Assembly: GCA_039028835.1 (NCBI GenBank)
Contig: JBCCHK010000004.1
Location: forward strand, 104,370 to 168,369
From: Pseudomonadota bacterium
Lineage (GTDB): Bacteria; Pseudomonadota; Alphaproteobacteria; JBCCHK01
Direction of reading: 5' to 3'
DNA: 64,000 bases
In this document: positions 10,409-20,168 of the stretch, piece by piece
Layout: every line of letters begins with the position of its first letter
How positions within the stretch are numbered: the stretch's first letter is position 1
Program-made: the position numbers and the translations under genes
Notes under the pieces: generated by a model
Told to the model about the DNA's origin: nothing
Databases searched by the model: none
Seen by the model: only the letters and a program-made list of their open reading frames with translations

Positions 10409-11404
10409 ATGATGCGCATCTTTTCTATATTTTTTGCCTTATGGTTTGTTTTGACTCTATCCCCCAGGGCGGTCTTGGCCACGCCAGGGGTGTTGACCAT
10501 CTATGCGGGCAGTTATTTTGCTTCCCAATGGGGGCCAGGCCCCCAGATCAAGGCGGCGTTTGAAACGCAGTGTGATTGCACGGTCGAGATCATCGCCGCC
10601 GAGGGCGGGCTCGCGCGCCTCCAGCTGGAAGGCGAAGCCTCGCCGGCAGACGTCATCATGAACATTCCCATCCATCAAATCACTCAGGCTAAAGCCTCCG
10701 GCTTGCTCAAAGCGCACGAGCTGATGATCGGTAACCTTGCCTTACCCATCGATTGGCGCGATCGCGTCTTTGTCCCGTGGGACTGGAGTTATCTTGCGTT
10801 CGTCTATGATCGCACGGTGATAGAAAACCCCCCGACGAGTCTGCGCAGCCTGATCGAGGACGATCATGAGTTTTCTTTTGTCTTCCCCGATCCCAACTTT
10901 AGCACCACCGGTATGGACCTGCTCGCGTGGATTCAAGCCGTCTACCCTGGCGACCAAGCGACTCGCGCCTGGCAACAGCTACGCCCCAAGGTGCGCACGG
11001 TCACCAAGGGATGGAGCGAGGCTTACGGTATGTTTACCAACGGGGAGGTGCCGATGGTGGTGAGTTATAGCACCTCACCTGCCTATCACCTGATTGCCGA
11101 CGAGAGCGATCGCTACGCCGCCGCCGCCTTTAGCGAAGGGCACTATGTCACCCTAGAGGTTGCCGCCCGCACCACGCAATCGGATGACCCGGCCCTGGCG
11201 CACGACTTTCTGGCCTTCATCCTTACCCCGGCGTTTCAAGAAATCATCCCCACCGCCAACTGGAGTTATCCGGTCATCGATGTGCCTTTGCCGGCAGCCT
11301 TTGACCAGCTGATCGCACCGACGCGCAGTTTGTATGTGCCGCCAGATCAGCTGGCGCGAGAAAAGCAGGCGTGGCTGATGCGCTGGCGGCAGGCGATGGA
11401 CTAA
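10409..11404 (+). CDS. thiB: Thiamine ABC transporter substrate-binding protein
   Basis: It has a signal peptide and ThiB/TbpA-like periplasmic binding protein character. It sits downstream of a TPP riboswitch and upstream of thiP and thiQ. Confidence 0.85.
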   Translation: MMRIFSIFFALWFVLTLSPRAVLATPGVLTIYAGSYFASQWGPGPQIKAAFETQCDCTVEIIAAEGGLARLQLEGEASPADVIMNIPIHQITQAKASGLLKAHELMIGNLALPIDWRDRVFVPWDWSYLAFVYDRTVIENPPTSLRSLIEDDHEFSFVFPDPNFSTTGMDLLAWIQAVYPGDQATRAWQQLRPKVRTVTKGWSEAYGMFTNGEVPMVVSYSTSPAYHLIADESDRYAAAAFSEGHYVTLEVAARTTQSDDPALAHDFLAFILTPAFQEIIPTANWSYPVIDVPLPAAFDQLIAPTRSLYVPPDQLAREKQAWLMRWRQAMD

Positions 11405-11408
11405 CGCT

Positions 11409-13064
11409 ATGCACCGCGCGCGCGCTTCCCGTCCCGCCCGCTCGTTGTCTGTGCATCTTATGCCAGGGCTCATCGCCGCAGGCGTGTGCGCCTGTATCGC
11501 CGGGGTGGCCCTGATGGCCCTCTTGCTGGCCGGCACCCAAGGCACAAGACAAGGGAGCATAGGACAGGCGGGGGCGGATTGGGCTGCGCTCGCCAGGATC
11601 GTCCGCTTTACGGTGATCCAGGCGATCCTTTCGGGCTTGCTTGCGATGGGGTTGGCGGTAGGTTTTGGGCGAGCGCTGGCCCGGCGGCGGTTTGTTGGGC
11701 GGCGCGTCGTGCTTGCGCTGTTGCCCTTACCGATGATAACCCCGCTGATCGTCGGCGGGCTCGGGATTCTCTCAGTCTATGGCCAGCAAGGCTGGCTGGC
11801 GGGCTACCTTGCGCGGGCCTTGGGTGAGGATGTGGTCTTCAATATTTACGGTTGGCCGGGGATTTTGCTCGCCCACGGGTTTTTTAATACAGCCTTCCTC
11901 ACCCGCCTGGTGGTGCAAGCCTATGGTGCGGTGCGGCCACAGACCTGGGCGATTGCCCGCCAGTTGGGGATTGAGGGCTGGCAGCGGTTTTATCGCATCG
12001 AATGGCCCTTGATCCGCACGGCTGTTTTCTCGGGCGGGCTCTTGGTGGTGGGGTTGTGCTTGACCAGCTTTGTTTTGATCTTGATGTTTGGTGGCGGACC
12101 GGGCAAGACCACCTTAGAGGTGGCAATCTATCAATCCCTGCGGATCGACTTTGCGCCCGCCCGCGCCGGCTGGCTTGCTTTGCTACAGCTTGCTTTGTGT
12201 GCCGTCTTTGTCGTGCTGTTTCTCGGCCTTGGCGGGGCCATCCAAGAGGATGCTGGGAACACCGCCGCCCAGCCCTTTGGTTTGGCGGACGGCGGTTTGC
12301 TCGGGGATGGTGTCTGGCTTGTGTTGGGCGGGTGGTTTGCTCTTGCGCCCTTGTTGGCGGTCGCGCTCTCGGCAGCGGCGGCGCCATGGGCGTGGATGAT
12401 CGCCGATCCAATTTTCTATCAAGCCCTTCTCACGAGTCTGGCGATCGGCATCGCCGCCGGGCTTTGCGGGCTCTTGATCGGCGGGAGTCTCGTGTGGTCG
12501 GCTTGCGGCGATCCCCGCTGGGGGCGGTTTTTTGATGGGGTTGGCACCTTGTGGCTGGTGATGCCGCCGCTGGCCTTGTCCGCCGGGTTGTTTTTGGCCT
12601 TACGCGCGGTGGGAATCTCGCCCATCGGTGGCGGGCCCGCCTGGGGGGTGGCGGCGGTGATCGGGGTCAACGGCCTTATGGCGGTGCCCTTTGTGATCCG
12701 CATTCTGCGCCCCCCCGCCGGGCGGATTGCCAAGCGGTATACGCCCCTGACTTTGAGCGTGGGGTTGCGCGGCTGGCGGCGGTTGTGGCGGGTAGAGGCA
12801 CCGCTCTTGCGCCGTCCTGCGGCTTTGGCTTTGGCTTTGGGGATCGTCTTCTCCCTCGGGGATTTAGGGGTCATGACCTTGTTTGGCTCACCCCGGTTGC
12901 AGACCCTGCCGCTCTATCTTTATCAGCTCATGGCGGGCTACCGCATAGACCAGGCCATGGCCGTGGCGGGCTTTTTGTTGTTGCTCAGCTTGGCGGTCTT
13001 CGCTGCCGTGTTTGCCCTCATCGCCGGGCGGTACCCAAGAGATGGGGGGGCGGGGTATGGCTGA
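11409..13064 (+). CDS. thiP: Thiamine ABC transporter permease (double permease domain)
   Basis: It is about 550 aa with two polytopic permease halves. It lies in the thiB-thiP-thiQ arrangement. Confidence 0.85.
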   Translation: MHRARASRPARSLSVHLMPGLIAAGVCACIAGVALMALLLAGTQGTRQGSIGQAGADWAALARIVRFTVIQAILSGLLAMGLAVGFGRALARRRFVGRRVVLALLPLPMITPLIVGGLGILSVYGQQGWLAGYLARALGEDVVFNIYGWPGILLAHGFFNTAFLTRLVVQAYGAVRPQTWAIARQLGIEGWQRFYRIEWPLIRTAVFSGGLLVVGLCLTSFVLILMFGGGPGKTTLEVAIYQSLRIDFAPARAGWLALLQLALCAVFVVLFLGLGGAIQEDAGNTAAQPFGLADGGLLGDGVWLVLGGWFALAPLLAVALSAAAAPWAWMIADPIFYQALLTSLAIGIAAGLCGLLIGGSLVWSACGDPRWGRFFDGVGTLWLVMPPLALSAGLFLALRAVGISPIGGGPAWGVAAVIGVNGLMAVPFVIRILRPPAGRIAKRYTPLTLSVGLRGWRRLWRVEAPLLRRPAALALALGIVFSLGDLGVMTLFGSPRLQTLPLYLYQLMAGYRIDQAMAVAGFLLLLSLAVFAAVFALIAGRYPRDGGAGYG

Positions 13065-13794
13065 GCTCCACCTCAAAGACCTCTCCCCGCAACGGGATCC
13101 GTCCCTGCGCTTTGATCTGGTCGTTCCCTCGGGCGGCTTTATCGGTCTTTTTGGGGCGAGCGGGGCGGGCAAGACCACCTTGTTGCATTTGATCGCCGGA
13201 CTGGAGGAGCGGGGCACGGGCCAGGTCTTGATCGGTGGCGAGGATCAGACCGAGTGGCCCGCCCACCGCCGCGGGGTCACCCTGCTCTTTCAGGACCATA
13301 ATCTTTTCGAGCATATGACGGTGTTTGCCAACATCGCCCTGGGAATCACGACCGGTACGCCGACGCCCGCCGAGCATGTGGCCGTGACCCGCGCGATTGA
13401 CCAGGTGGGCCTTACAGGGCTGGAGGATCGCCTACCCCATCAGCTTTCTGGCGGACAACAGGGGCGGGTGGGCCTCGCCCGTTGCCTTATGCGCCGCCGG
13501 GGGGTGCTCTTGTTGGATGAACCCTTTGCGGCTCTCGATCCGCCCCTGCGCTATGACATGGCGCACCTGTTGGCTGCATTACGCCAAGAGCATCGCATGA
13601 CAGTGGTGGTGGTCAGTCACGACCTCGCGCCCCTGATGGCTCACGCCGACGGCGCGGCACCCCTACAGGACGGACGGCTCGGAGCGATTATGACTTGGGC
13701 ACAGATTGCCCAGGATCCGCGGCTGGCGTCTTATGGGGCAGGGCTGACCAGTCAGTCGGCGCACTTTTCGGCGGAATCACCCGCAATGCCGTGA
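13057..13794 (+). CDS. thiQ: Thiamine ABC transporter ATP-binding protein
   Basis: It has Walker A GASGAGKT, signature LSGGQQ and Walker B LLLDEP. Its start overlaps the thiP stop (ATGGCTGA). Confidence 0.85.
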   Translation: MAELHLKDLSPQRDPSLRFDLVVPSGGFIGLFGASGAGKTTLLHLIAGLEERGTGQVLIGGEDQTEWPAHRRGVTLLFQDHNLFEHMTVFANIALGITTGTPTPAEHVAVTRAIDQVGLTGLEDRLPHQLSGGQQGRVGLARCLMRRRGVLLLDEPFAALDPPLRYDMAHLLAALRQEHRMTVVVVSHDLAPLMAHADGAAPLQDGRLGAIMTWAQIAQDPRLASYGAGLTSQSAHFSAESPAMP

Positions 13795-15079
13795 TTTGAT
13801 TGCGCTGGCGGGTCAAAATCTCAAAACGAAAGTCATAAAAGGTAAAGGTCTGGCCTACGTTGGGCAGGGCGCGCGCCTCGTGCAACACTAGCCCGGCGAT
13901 GGTCGAGGCATGGTCGTCCGGTAGCCGCCAGCCGTACTTGCGGTTCAAATCGCGGATGGTGACCGCCCCGTCGATGAGGTAGCCGCCACCCGGTGCCGGG
14001 CGTACCCCGGCGACCGGCAGGTCATGCTCGTCACTGATATCGCCGACAATCTCCTCTAGGATGTCCTCTAAAGTTACGATGCCTTGAAAGGTGCCGTACT
14101 CATCCACCACCAGGGCAAAGTGGCCTTGACGGGCCCGAAAGGCCTGCAGTTGGCCGATCAGAGCGGTGGTTTCCGGCACGAACCAAGGCCGAGACAAAAG
14201 GGCCTCGATGCCAGCGGCGTCGATCTGCTGCGGGGCGGCGTGACTGCGCAGCAGGTCCTTGAGCAGCAGGATGCCGATGATGTTGTCCGGCTGATCTCGC
14301 CATACCGGCAGGCGCGAGTAAGGACTTTGTGAGGCCTTTTGCCAAATCTCCGCATCGTCGATATCCAATGTCTGAACATTGTTGCGATGGGTCATAATCT
14401 CCCCCACCTGGACGTCGCGCAGATCCAAGATCGAGTGCAGCATGGCCTGTTCCTCATGGACCCCTTGCAAGAGAAGGCTGATCGCACCGCGGAGCTCCTC
14501 GCCCGAGGCGCGCCGCGACGCCTGCCGGGGACGGTGGCCGAACATGCGCAGAAGGCCTGTGACCAGTCCGTTAATCAGGCTGATGGCCGGGGCGAAGAGG
14601 ATGAGTAAAAACCGCAACAGGGGCGCAAGGGTCAAGGCCATGCGCTCGGCGCGTCCCAGTGCGAGAGTCTTGGGCAGAATCTCGGCAAAGACCAAAATCA
14701 CCAGAGTCATGACCAAGGTCGCCGTGGCCACCGCACCGCTTCCCATGCGGCTCACCAGAAAACTGGTGAACAAGGCCGAGGCTAAGATGTTCACCAGGTT
14801 GTTACCGAGCAAAATCGTGGAGATCAGCCGCCCGCGCTGGTCCATCAGGCGGCGCATCAATCGCGCCCGGCGGGAGCCTTCCTGCGCCCACTGGTGAATG
14901 CGGTGAGGACTGGCGGCGGTAATCGCCGTCTCACTGCCAGAAAACAGCGCCGAACAGGCAATCAGCAACGCAATTGCGAGCAGGGTCCATAAATCCAAGT
15001 TGTCCCAGAACATCACACACCACGCAAAAGCGGACTCGAGCCAAGAAGCAAGCAGGGAGGCGATCGTGGCGTCGTCCAT
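13688..15079 (-). CDS. HlyC/CorC family transporter (DUF21-CBS-CorC_HlyC, TlyC-like)
   Basis: It has the N-terminal DUF21 TM region, a CBS pair and a CorC_HlyC C-terminal domain. Its start overlaps the aroB stop (ATGA). Confidence 0.8.
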   Translation of the reverse strand: MDDATIASLLASWLESAFAWCVMFWDNLDLWTLLAIALLIACSALFSGSETAITAASPHRIHQWAQEGSRRARLMRRLMDQRGRLISTILLGNNLVNILASALFTSFLVSRMGSGAVATATLVMTLVILVFAEILPKTLALGRAERMALTLAPLLRFLLILFAPAISLINGLVTGLLRMFGHRPRQASRRASGEELRGAISLLLQGVHEEQAMLHSILDLRDVQVGEIMTHRNNVQTLDIDDAEIWQKASQSPYSRLPVWRDQPDNIIGILLLKDLLRSHAAPQQIDAAGIEALLSRPWFVPETTALIGQLQAFRARQGHFALVVDEYGTFQGIVTLEDILEEIVGDISDEHDLPVAGVRPAPGGGYLIDGAVTIRDLNRKYGWRLPDDHASTIAGLVLHEARALPNVGQTFTFYDFRFEILTRQRNQITALRVIPPKSAPTDWSALPHKTPAADPGQSVPKS

Positions 15080-16194
15080 CAGCAGGACTCCGCCATGGCC
15101 GCCGCCACCGCTTGGCGCACGGCGCCCTCATGGACGTCTGTGACAACCTCAGCTTGGCCGAGTGCGCGCAAGAGCACAAAGGTCAGCCGCCCCTCTTCGG
15201 CTTTCTTATCGCGTCGCATGGTGGCGATAAAGTCTGGCCAGGGCGGCAGACTTGCGGGCCGGGTGGGCAATCCGGTTGCTTTGAGGTGATGGCGAATCCG
15301 CACCACGTCATCGCGTGCGATCATACCCAAATGGGCGGATAAGTGCGCGGCCATGACGATTCCCATGGCGACGGCCTCTCCATGAATGAGAGCCCGCCGG
15401 TATTGCTGCGCCTGTTCTAGGGCGTGGGCGAAGGTATGGCCCAAGTTCAAGAGTGCGCGCCGGTCGTTGTCCCGCTCGTCTTCGCTGGTGATGCGCGCCT
15501 TGTGGCGGCAACAGGTGGCAATGGCGTAAGCAAGGGCGGCGGGCTCACGGCGCAGGACGTCGGCGGCGTTTGTCTCCAGCCACGTCAAAAAGGCTGCATC
15601 GCCGAGCAGGGCATATTTGTAGATTTCCGCGTAGCCCGCGCGCATCTCACGCGCAGGCAGGCTGGCAAGCCATGCGGTATCGCAGATGACCCCTCGGGGC
15701 TGATAAAAGACACCGATCAGGTTCTTACCCAAGCGGCTGTTCACGCCGGTTTTCCCGCCGATGGCGCTGTCGACCTGCGCGAGCAGCGTGGTGGGGATGT
15801 GGATCAGGGGAAGGCCGCGCAAGGCAAGGGCGGCGGCGCATCCCGCCAGGTCGCCAATCACCCCGCCGCCAAAGGCGATAACGTGGGTACGGCGGTCGAT
15901 CCTGGCCGCCAGCATGTCCTCAACCAGCCGGATCAAGCGGGAGGGGGACTTGCTTTGCTCGCCGCTGGGGACGATGAGGGTGGCTTTGATTTTGGTGCCT
16001 AACAGGTGCGTGAGGGTCTGTCCATGCTGGCGCATGACCCGCGGCTCAGAGACCAGCAGGTGCTCTCCTGGCCTGATCATCTCGGCCGCGGTGGTTTTGC
16101 TGATGCCGTGCCCGACGCGGACCCGATAGCTTCGTGCACCCAGCTCGACGTCGATGTCGAGGGGGGCGTTCGCAGGCATAGAAGGAGAGGTCAT
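15079..16194 (-). CDS. aroB: 3-dehydroquinate synthase
   Basis: The motifs GGGVIGDLAG, IPTTLLAQVDSAIGGKTGVN and HGEAVAMG are present. I placed the start at MTSPSMP. Confidence 0.88.
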   Translation of the reverse strand: MTSPSMPANAPLDIDVELGARSYRVRVGHGISKTTAAEMIRPGEHLLVSEPRVMRQHGQTLTHLLGTKIKATLIVPSGEQSKSPSRLIRLVEDMLAARIDRRTHVIAFGGGVIGDLAGCAAALALRGLPLIHIPTTLLAQVDSAIGGKTGVNSRLGKNLIGVFYQPRGVICDTAWLASLPAREMRAGYAEIYKYALLGDAAFLTWLETNAADVLRREPAALAYAIATCCRHKARITSEDERDNDRRALLNLGHTFAHALEQAQQYRRALIHGEAVAMGIVMAAHLSAHLGMIARDDVVRIRHHLKATGLPTRPASLPPWPDFIATMRRDKKAEEGRLTFVLLRALGQAEVVTDVHEGAVRQAVAAAMAESC

Positions 16195-16208
16195 GAGTAC
16201 CGAGTTTC

Positions 16209-16224
16209 TGGCATAAAACTTGCA
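16209..16224 (+). promoter_or_regulatory. Sigma54 (-24/-12) promoter TGGCAT-N5-TTGCA, oriented toward the 1164-aa repeat protein
   Basis: The sequence tctggcataaaacttgcaaca has correct GG/GC spacing. It is nearly identical to the flgF promoter at 20112. Confidence 0.6.
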
Positions 16225-16604
16225 ACAAAACAGCCCAAAGACGCCAAGCACGATCACCATCGTGGATCTTTGGTCTATCATTTTCGATCATTTTATGATA
16301 GGATTGCGGCATAAAACATCCCTAACCCATCCTTAATATCCAAGGCTTGTGGGTTGTTCTGCAAAAACGTCAAAAAACCCGAAAATCGGGCTGAGCAAGA
16401 GCGGGACAAAACAGGACAAGACCAAGCCAAACGGGTTGACAACAGAGGGCCATAAAAAAGGAACATAAAGGCAGTGAAGGCCAAGAACGGTCAGCCACTC
16501 ATCCGCCTTTTCGCTTTTCCTCATGGGCTTTGTCCTTAGCTTAAGGACCGTTTGTTTAAGGATGATGAACGGATGTTGCGTGCCAAAGAAGTTGGACAAC
16601 GACA

Positions 16605-19600
16605 ATGACAACCATCGCTTCGGCCAGTCTGCCTGGAATCGCAGGCTGGAAACACTTCCTCAAGAATGAGGAAAAGCAGCTCGCAGAGTTCCGCAACGAT
16701 CCCACCGTCAAGCGGGACATAGACAAGTTCTTAAAAGAGCTTGAAGGTGTTAGCTCGTCCAAAGAACTGATCGATAATTTCTATACCCGCCGCTTTATTG
16801 GTGCCGCCTTTAGCCTGGGGCAGTACGAAGACGCCAACGGCCTACTTAAAAAAGTCCTGGAAGAAGGCACCACATCAGAGACCCTCGATGGCTTCGTTTA
16901 TGAAAATGGCGAGCGAAAGCCGCGTGTCAAACAAGCCCTCGCCGTGCAGATGAACGAACCAAGTCTGATTGCGATGACAACGATTTTGGACTTTACCGGC
17001 GGCTATAACCCTCTCAAAAACAAAAACACCGTCGATCATGTGATCGAGCGTTTCGTACGCCGCCGGTTTGAGGCGCAAATCCAAGCAAGCAACCCGGAGC
17101 TTGCCCAAGCCGTCATCTATAAGCGCATGGCCAGCGAGACGCAGTCAACAGCGCAGCTCGCGCAGCAACGCTTTGAAGAGTTTAAGACCCTCGCGGACAC
17201 CACCGAAAAGATCAAGGCATTCAAAGCCGAAATCGCAACCCTCAATGAAAGCAGTTCGGTCAGCCAAAAAGAGGTCCTTTACGACATTATGCAAGATCGT
17301 TCCAATTGGCTCATCATGATGCGCCGGTTTGGTGGCACGGCCACCAGGGAAAACCACGATACGTTCATGTTCAATTTCGATAAAGAATATCAATCTATCA
17401 CGACCAAAGGTGAAACCACCGATGGGACCAAACTCAGCGAGCAAGACCTCATCGATCACTTTTTTGCCAAAACGCAAAACGGGCGTGATAACAGTGCCCG
17501 CCTAAGTGTCGCGCTCAGCTACGGTGTGCCCAGCCAAAGAACAGACAGCGCAGATCAGGTGTATGAGCAGGTCAGTGAAAAGGTGCTCGCGAAAAAACAA
17601 GCGCAAAGTCTGATCGACAATGAGACCACCCGTACCTTTCTCACCAAAGCCTATAATCTGCAGACCTTCGCGAAAGATCCGGCCATCTTGCACGAGCTCA
17701 TGACCTCTGGGGTAAGACCGTCTTCTAGGAATCCCATGCCGCTGGCCTTGATGCTGGAGGATCCCCGCGCCGTGTCATTCGCCCAAACCTTGGACTTTTC
17801 CCAAGGTAGCAATCCTTTAGCAGAAAAAGATGCCATAGACCTCGTGGTCAACGCTTATACTGCGCAGACTTTTATAGACAAACAAGCGCCCACCCGGCAC
17901 GCACAAGCCCGGCAGGACAATAGCGAACTGCTTGAGGCCATGCGCACGAAACTGAGCGGCGTGCGCAACCTTGATGACCTGCTCGAGGATGATGAACTGC
18001 GTAGCTTTGTGGCCCGTGCCTTCGATCTAGATGATCTTGCCGGCAATAAGGACATTTTTGCCAAAGCGATGACGACGATTCGTCTTGATTTTGCCGGGCA
18101 CGAAGAGGGCAAGCCCGTCTTTACCGAAAAAGGGATCTTAGAGCAGCTCAAGCAGGCGTACATTGACCGCGAAACCAGCCAAACCCAGGCGCGTATCGAT
18201 GCTTTTAACCGCCAAGCCGATAGGATCCAAACGATCGATGGCCTCAGCGACGATCAGCGTACCTTCCTGGCCTATAGCCTAGGGTGGTCGGGCTTTGCGG
18301 CGAATGCTGATCTGGTGACCCGAGCTCTGGAGGCCCGGCAGACGTTCTTTGATCCCCAACAAACACTCCAAGACCAACTGGCCCATGTGATCGACGCCTA
18401 TAAAACCCAGCACAAGGTGGATGAGACCGACGCCCAAGTGATCGCGGCCCGGGCGGCAGCGGGGTCGGTTGCGGATCTCAGCGAAGCCCTCAATCATCAG
18501 GATATGGGCGCGATGATCGCCGAGGTTACGAACCTTATAGATCAAAAGGATGATCCGCGCCTCTTACAACAGATATTCACAGCACCCGTACCGCGCCTTG
18601 GTGCAGGGCAAACCATGGCGGCCTATGCGGAGGACCTGAGCAAGGGCTATCGCGCCGCGTTCACGCAAGCGCAGGTCACCGCGCGTGCCGAAACTCTGAT
18701 CGATAAAATAGAAAAGATCACCAGTACTCGTGCGCTCATCGATGATGATGCCATGCGTCATTTCACGGCCATTGCCACCGGCCACGAGAGTTTGAAAGAT
18801 TCGAAATATGCCCTGTCTCAGGCGCTCGAACGAAAATCGTTGCCAGATAGAAACATGATCTTTGTTAAATTGGTCAGCCGCCTGGATTTTGCCAATGGCA
18901 ACAATCCTTTTGCCGATCGGCGGTTGGTGGATCGTTTCGCCATCGAATACCGAGCCTTGCGTGAAGAAACGGCCAAAACGGTTAGGACGTTAACGCCAGA
19001 AAAAATCCAGGAAGAGATTTTAGCCTTTCGCCGTGCCGTGCCGACCATAAAAACGATGGAAGACTTTCTCGCTAACGACGACGCGCGGCGCGTCGTTACT
19101 GAAACCACGGGGGTGGGGAATTATCAAGATGATATCGGCACCCTGCGCTCAGTCTTACGCGGCGAGCGTGATTTTTCCGGGGGTATGAACACCTATGCCT
19201 TAAGCCAGGCTCTTGATTTTTCAGGGGGTAAGAATCCGCTCGCTCAAGCCAGTAAGGTCCAAGAGGTGCTCGATCGCTACGTCCATCGTCAATACGTTGC
19301 TGTCGGGCGGTCTTCTGAGTTGAGCGAATACAGCAAAATCATTGCCAAAAGAAGTGAGAGCGAAGTCAAGATCATCGCCGATTTCAGAGAGGCGGTGAAA
19401 ACCATCGAAAGCGTCGATCAACTGCTCTCTAACGGTCAAGTCCGCGAGTTCATCACCAAGGCCTTTGGTTTGTCTGAAAACTGGAGAGCCGATGACCAAC
19501 TTTTGCGCGGCCTTATGACGGGCGAGCAAGAGGGCCGTGATGTTCGCACCGCAGCCATGGGCAGCCAAGATATTCGCGTTCATGCTTTCCTCAACGCCAT

Positions 19601-20099
19601 AGACTTTAGCCAAGATAAGAACCCGCTCAAGGATGAGGCGACGGTCGATGGCATTGTTGATCGTTATATCGCCCGTGAGTTTGAGTTCGAGCTCTCGGTG
19701 GTGAATCCGGGGCTTGCGGATGCGTTGCGTTACAAACGTGTCACCGATGAGCACGGCACCCTGAGCGCACCGACGGATCGCATCACCAACTGGTACCAGG
19801 TCATGGCAGATCAACAACTGGATCGATTTGTGGCTACCACCTTAGGCTTTCCCCAAGAAGTCCTAAGCACCAAGATGGAAAAGCGTCTGTCGCTTTATGA
19901 AAGCCGGGTTAAAATTGACGAGCTGTTTAATCCCGACAATGTCGAGAAGTATGCCGAGCGGTACCTTGCGCAAGCCGCAGTCAGTGCCTCGCAAACCGGC
20001 TCAAGCCAGACGGATATTGCATTGCAACTCCTGCAAGGGACCGGTTTTTCCCAAGATTCTTTTGCCACATTAGCCAGTCAGTCTCCCATCGGCTCATAA
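16605..20099 (+). CDS. Giant (1164 aa) flagellum-associated repeat protein made of about six DUF1217-like units
   Basis: The motifs LDF(S/T/A)xG.NPL...VD...RY are internally repeated (TILDFTGGYNPL, TLDFSQGSNPL, RLDFAGHEEG, RLDFANGNNPF, ALDFSGGKNPL, AIDFSQDKNPL). Each is preceded by an R.F..A(F/Y).L motif. Confidence 0.7.
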   Translation: MTTIASASLPGIAGWKHFLKNEEKQLAEFRNDPTVKRDIDKFLKELEGVSSSKELIDNFYTRRFIGAAFSLGQYEDANGLLKKVLEEGTTSETLDGFVYENGERKPRVKQALAVQMNEPSLIAMTTILDFTGGYNPLKNKNTVDHVIERFVRRRFEAQIQASNPELAQAVIYKRMASETQSTAQLAQQRFEEFKTLADTTEKIKAFKAEIATLNESSSVSQKEVLYDIMQDRSNWLIMMRRFGGTATRENHDTFMFNFDKEYQSITTKGETTDGTKLSEQDLIDHFFAKTQNGRDNSARLSVALSYGVPSQRTDSADQVYEQVSEKVLAKKQAQSLIDNETTRTFLTKAYNLQTFAKDPAILHELMTSGVRPSSRNPMPLALMLEDPRAVSFAQTLDFSQGSNPLAEKDAIDLVVNAYTAQTFIDKQAPTRHAQARQDNSELLEAMRTKLSGVRNLDDLLEDDELRSFVARAFDLDDLAGNKDIFAKAMTTIRLDFAGHEEGKPVFTEKGILEQLKQAYIDRETSQTQARIDAFNRQADRIQTIDGLSDDQRTFLAYSLGWSGFAANADLVTRALEARQTFFDPQQTLQDQLAHVIDAYKTQHKVDETDAQVIAARAAAGSVADLSEALNHQDMGAMIAEVTNLIDQKDDPRLLQQIFTAPVPRLGAGQTMAAYAEDLSKGYRAAFTQAQVTARAETLIDKIEKITSTRALIDDDAMRHFTAIATGHESLKDSKYALSQALERKSLPDRNMIFVKLVSRLDFANGNNPFADRRLVDRFAIEYRALREETAKTVRTLTPEKIQEEILAFRRAVPTIKTMEDFLANDDARRVVTETTGVGNYQDDIGTLRSVLRGERDFSGGMNTYALSQALDFSGGKNPLAQASKVQEVLDRYVHRQYVAVGRSSELSEYSKIIAKRSESEVKIIADFREAVKTIESVDQLLSNGQVREFITKAFGLSENWRADDQLLRGLMTGEQEGRDVRTAAMGSQDIRVHAFLNAIDFSQDKNPLKDEATVDGIVDRYIAREFEFELSVVNPGLADALRYKRVTDEHGTLSAPTDRITNWYQVMADQQLDRFVATTLGFPQEVLSTKMEKRLSLYESRVKIDELFNPDNVEKYAERYLAQAAVSASQTGSSQTDIALQLLQGTGFSQDSFATLASQSPIGS

Positions 20100-20111
20100 C
20101 AGCCCCTCATC

Positions 20112-20126
20112 TGGCATAAATCTTGC
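20112..20126 (+). promoter_or_regulatory. Sigma54 promoter TGGCAT-N5-TTGCT for flgFGAH
   Basis: The sequence ctggcataaatcttgcttg lies 43 bp upstream of the flgF ATG. Confidence 0.65.
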
Positions 20127-20168
20127 TTGTACTTACGTGAGACGTGTTTCACACGGGAGTACAGGACA

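Noticed and set aside
16333-16611. 92-aa hydrophobic minus-strand ORF in the spacer upstream of the giant repeat gene
   Set aside because: It sits in a moderately AT-rich promoter region that contains the sigma54 promoter, with no RBS or conservation evidence. It is probably chance. The region is still flagged in the findings as a possible long 5' UTR.
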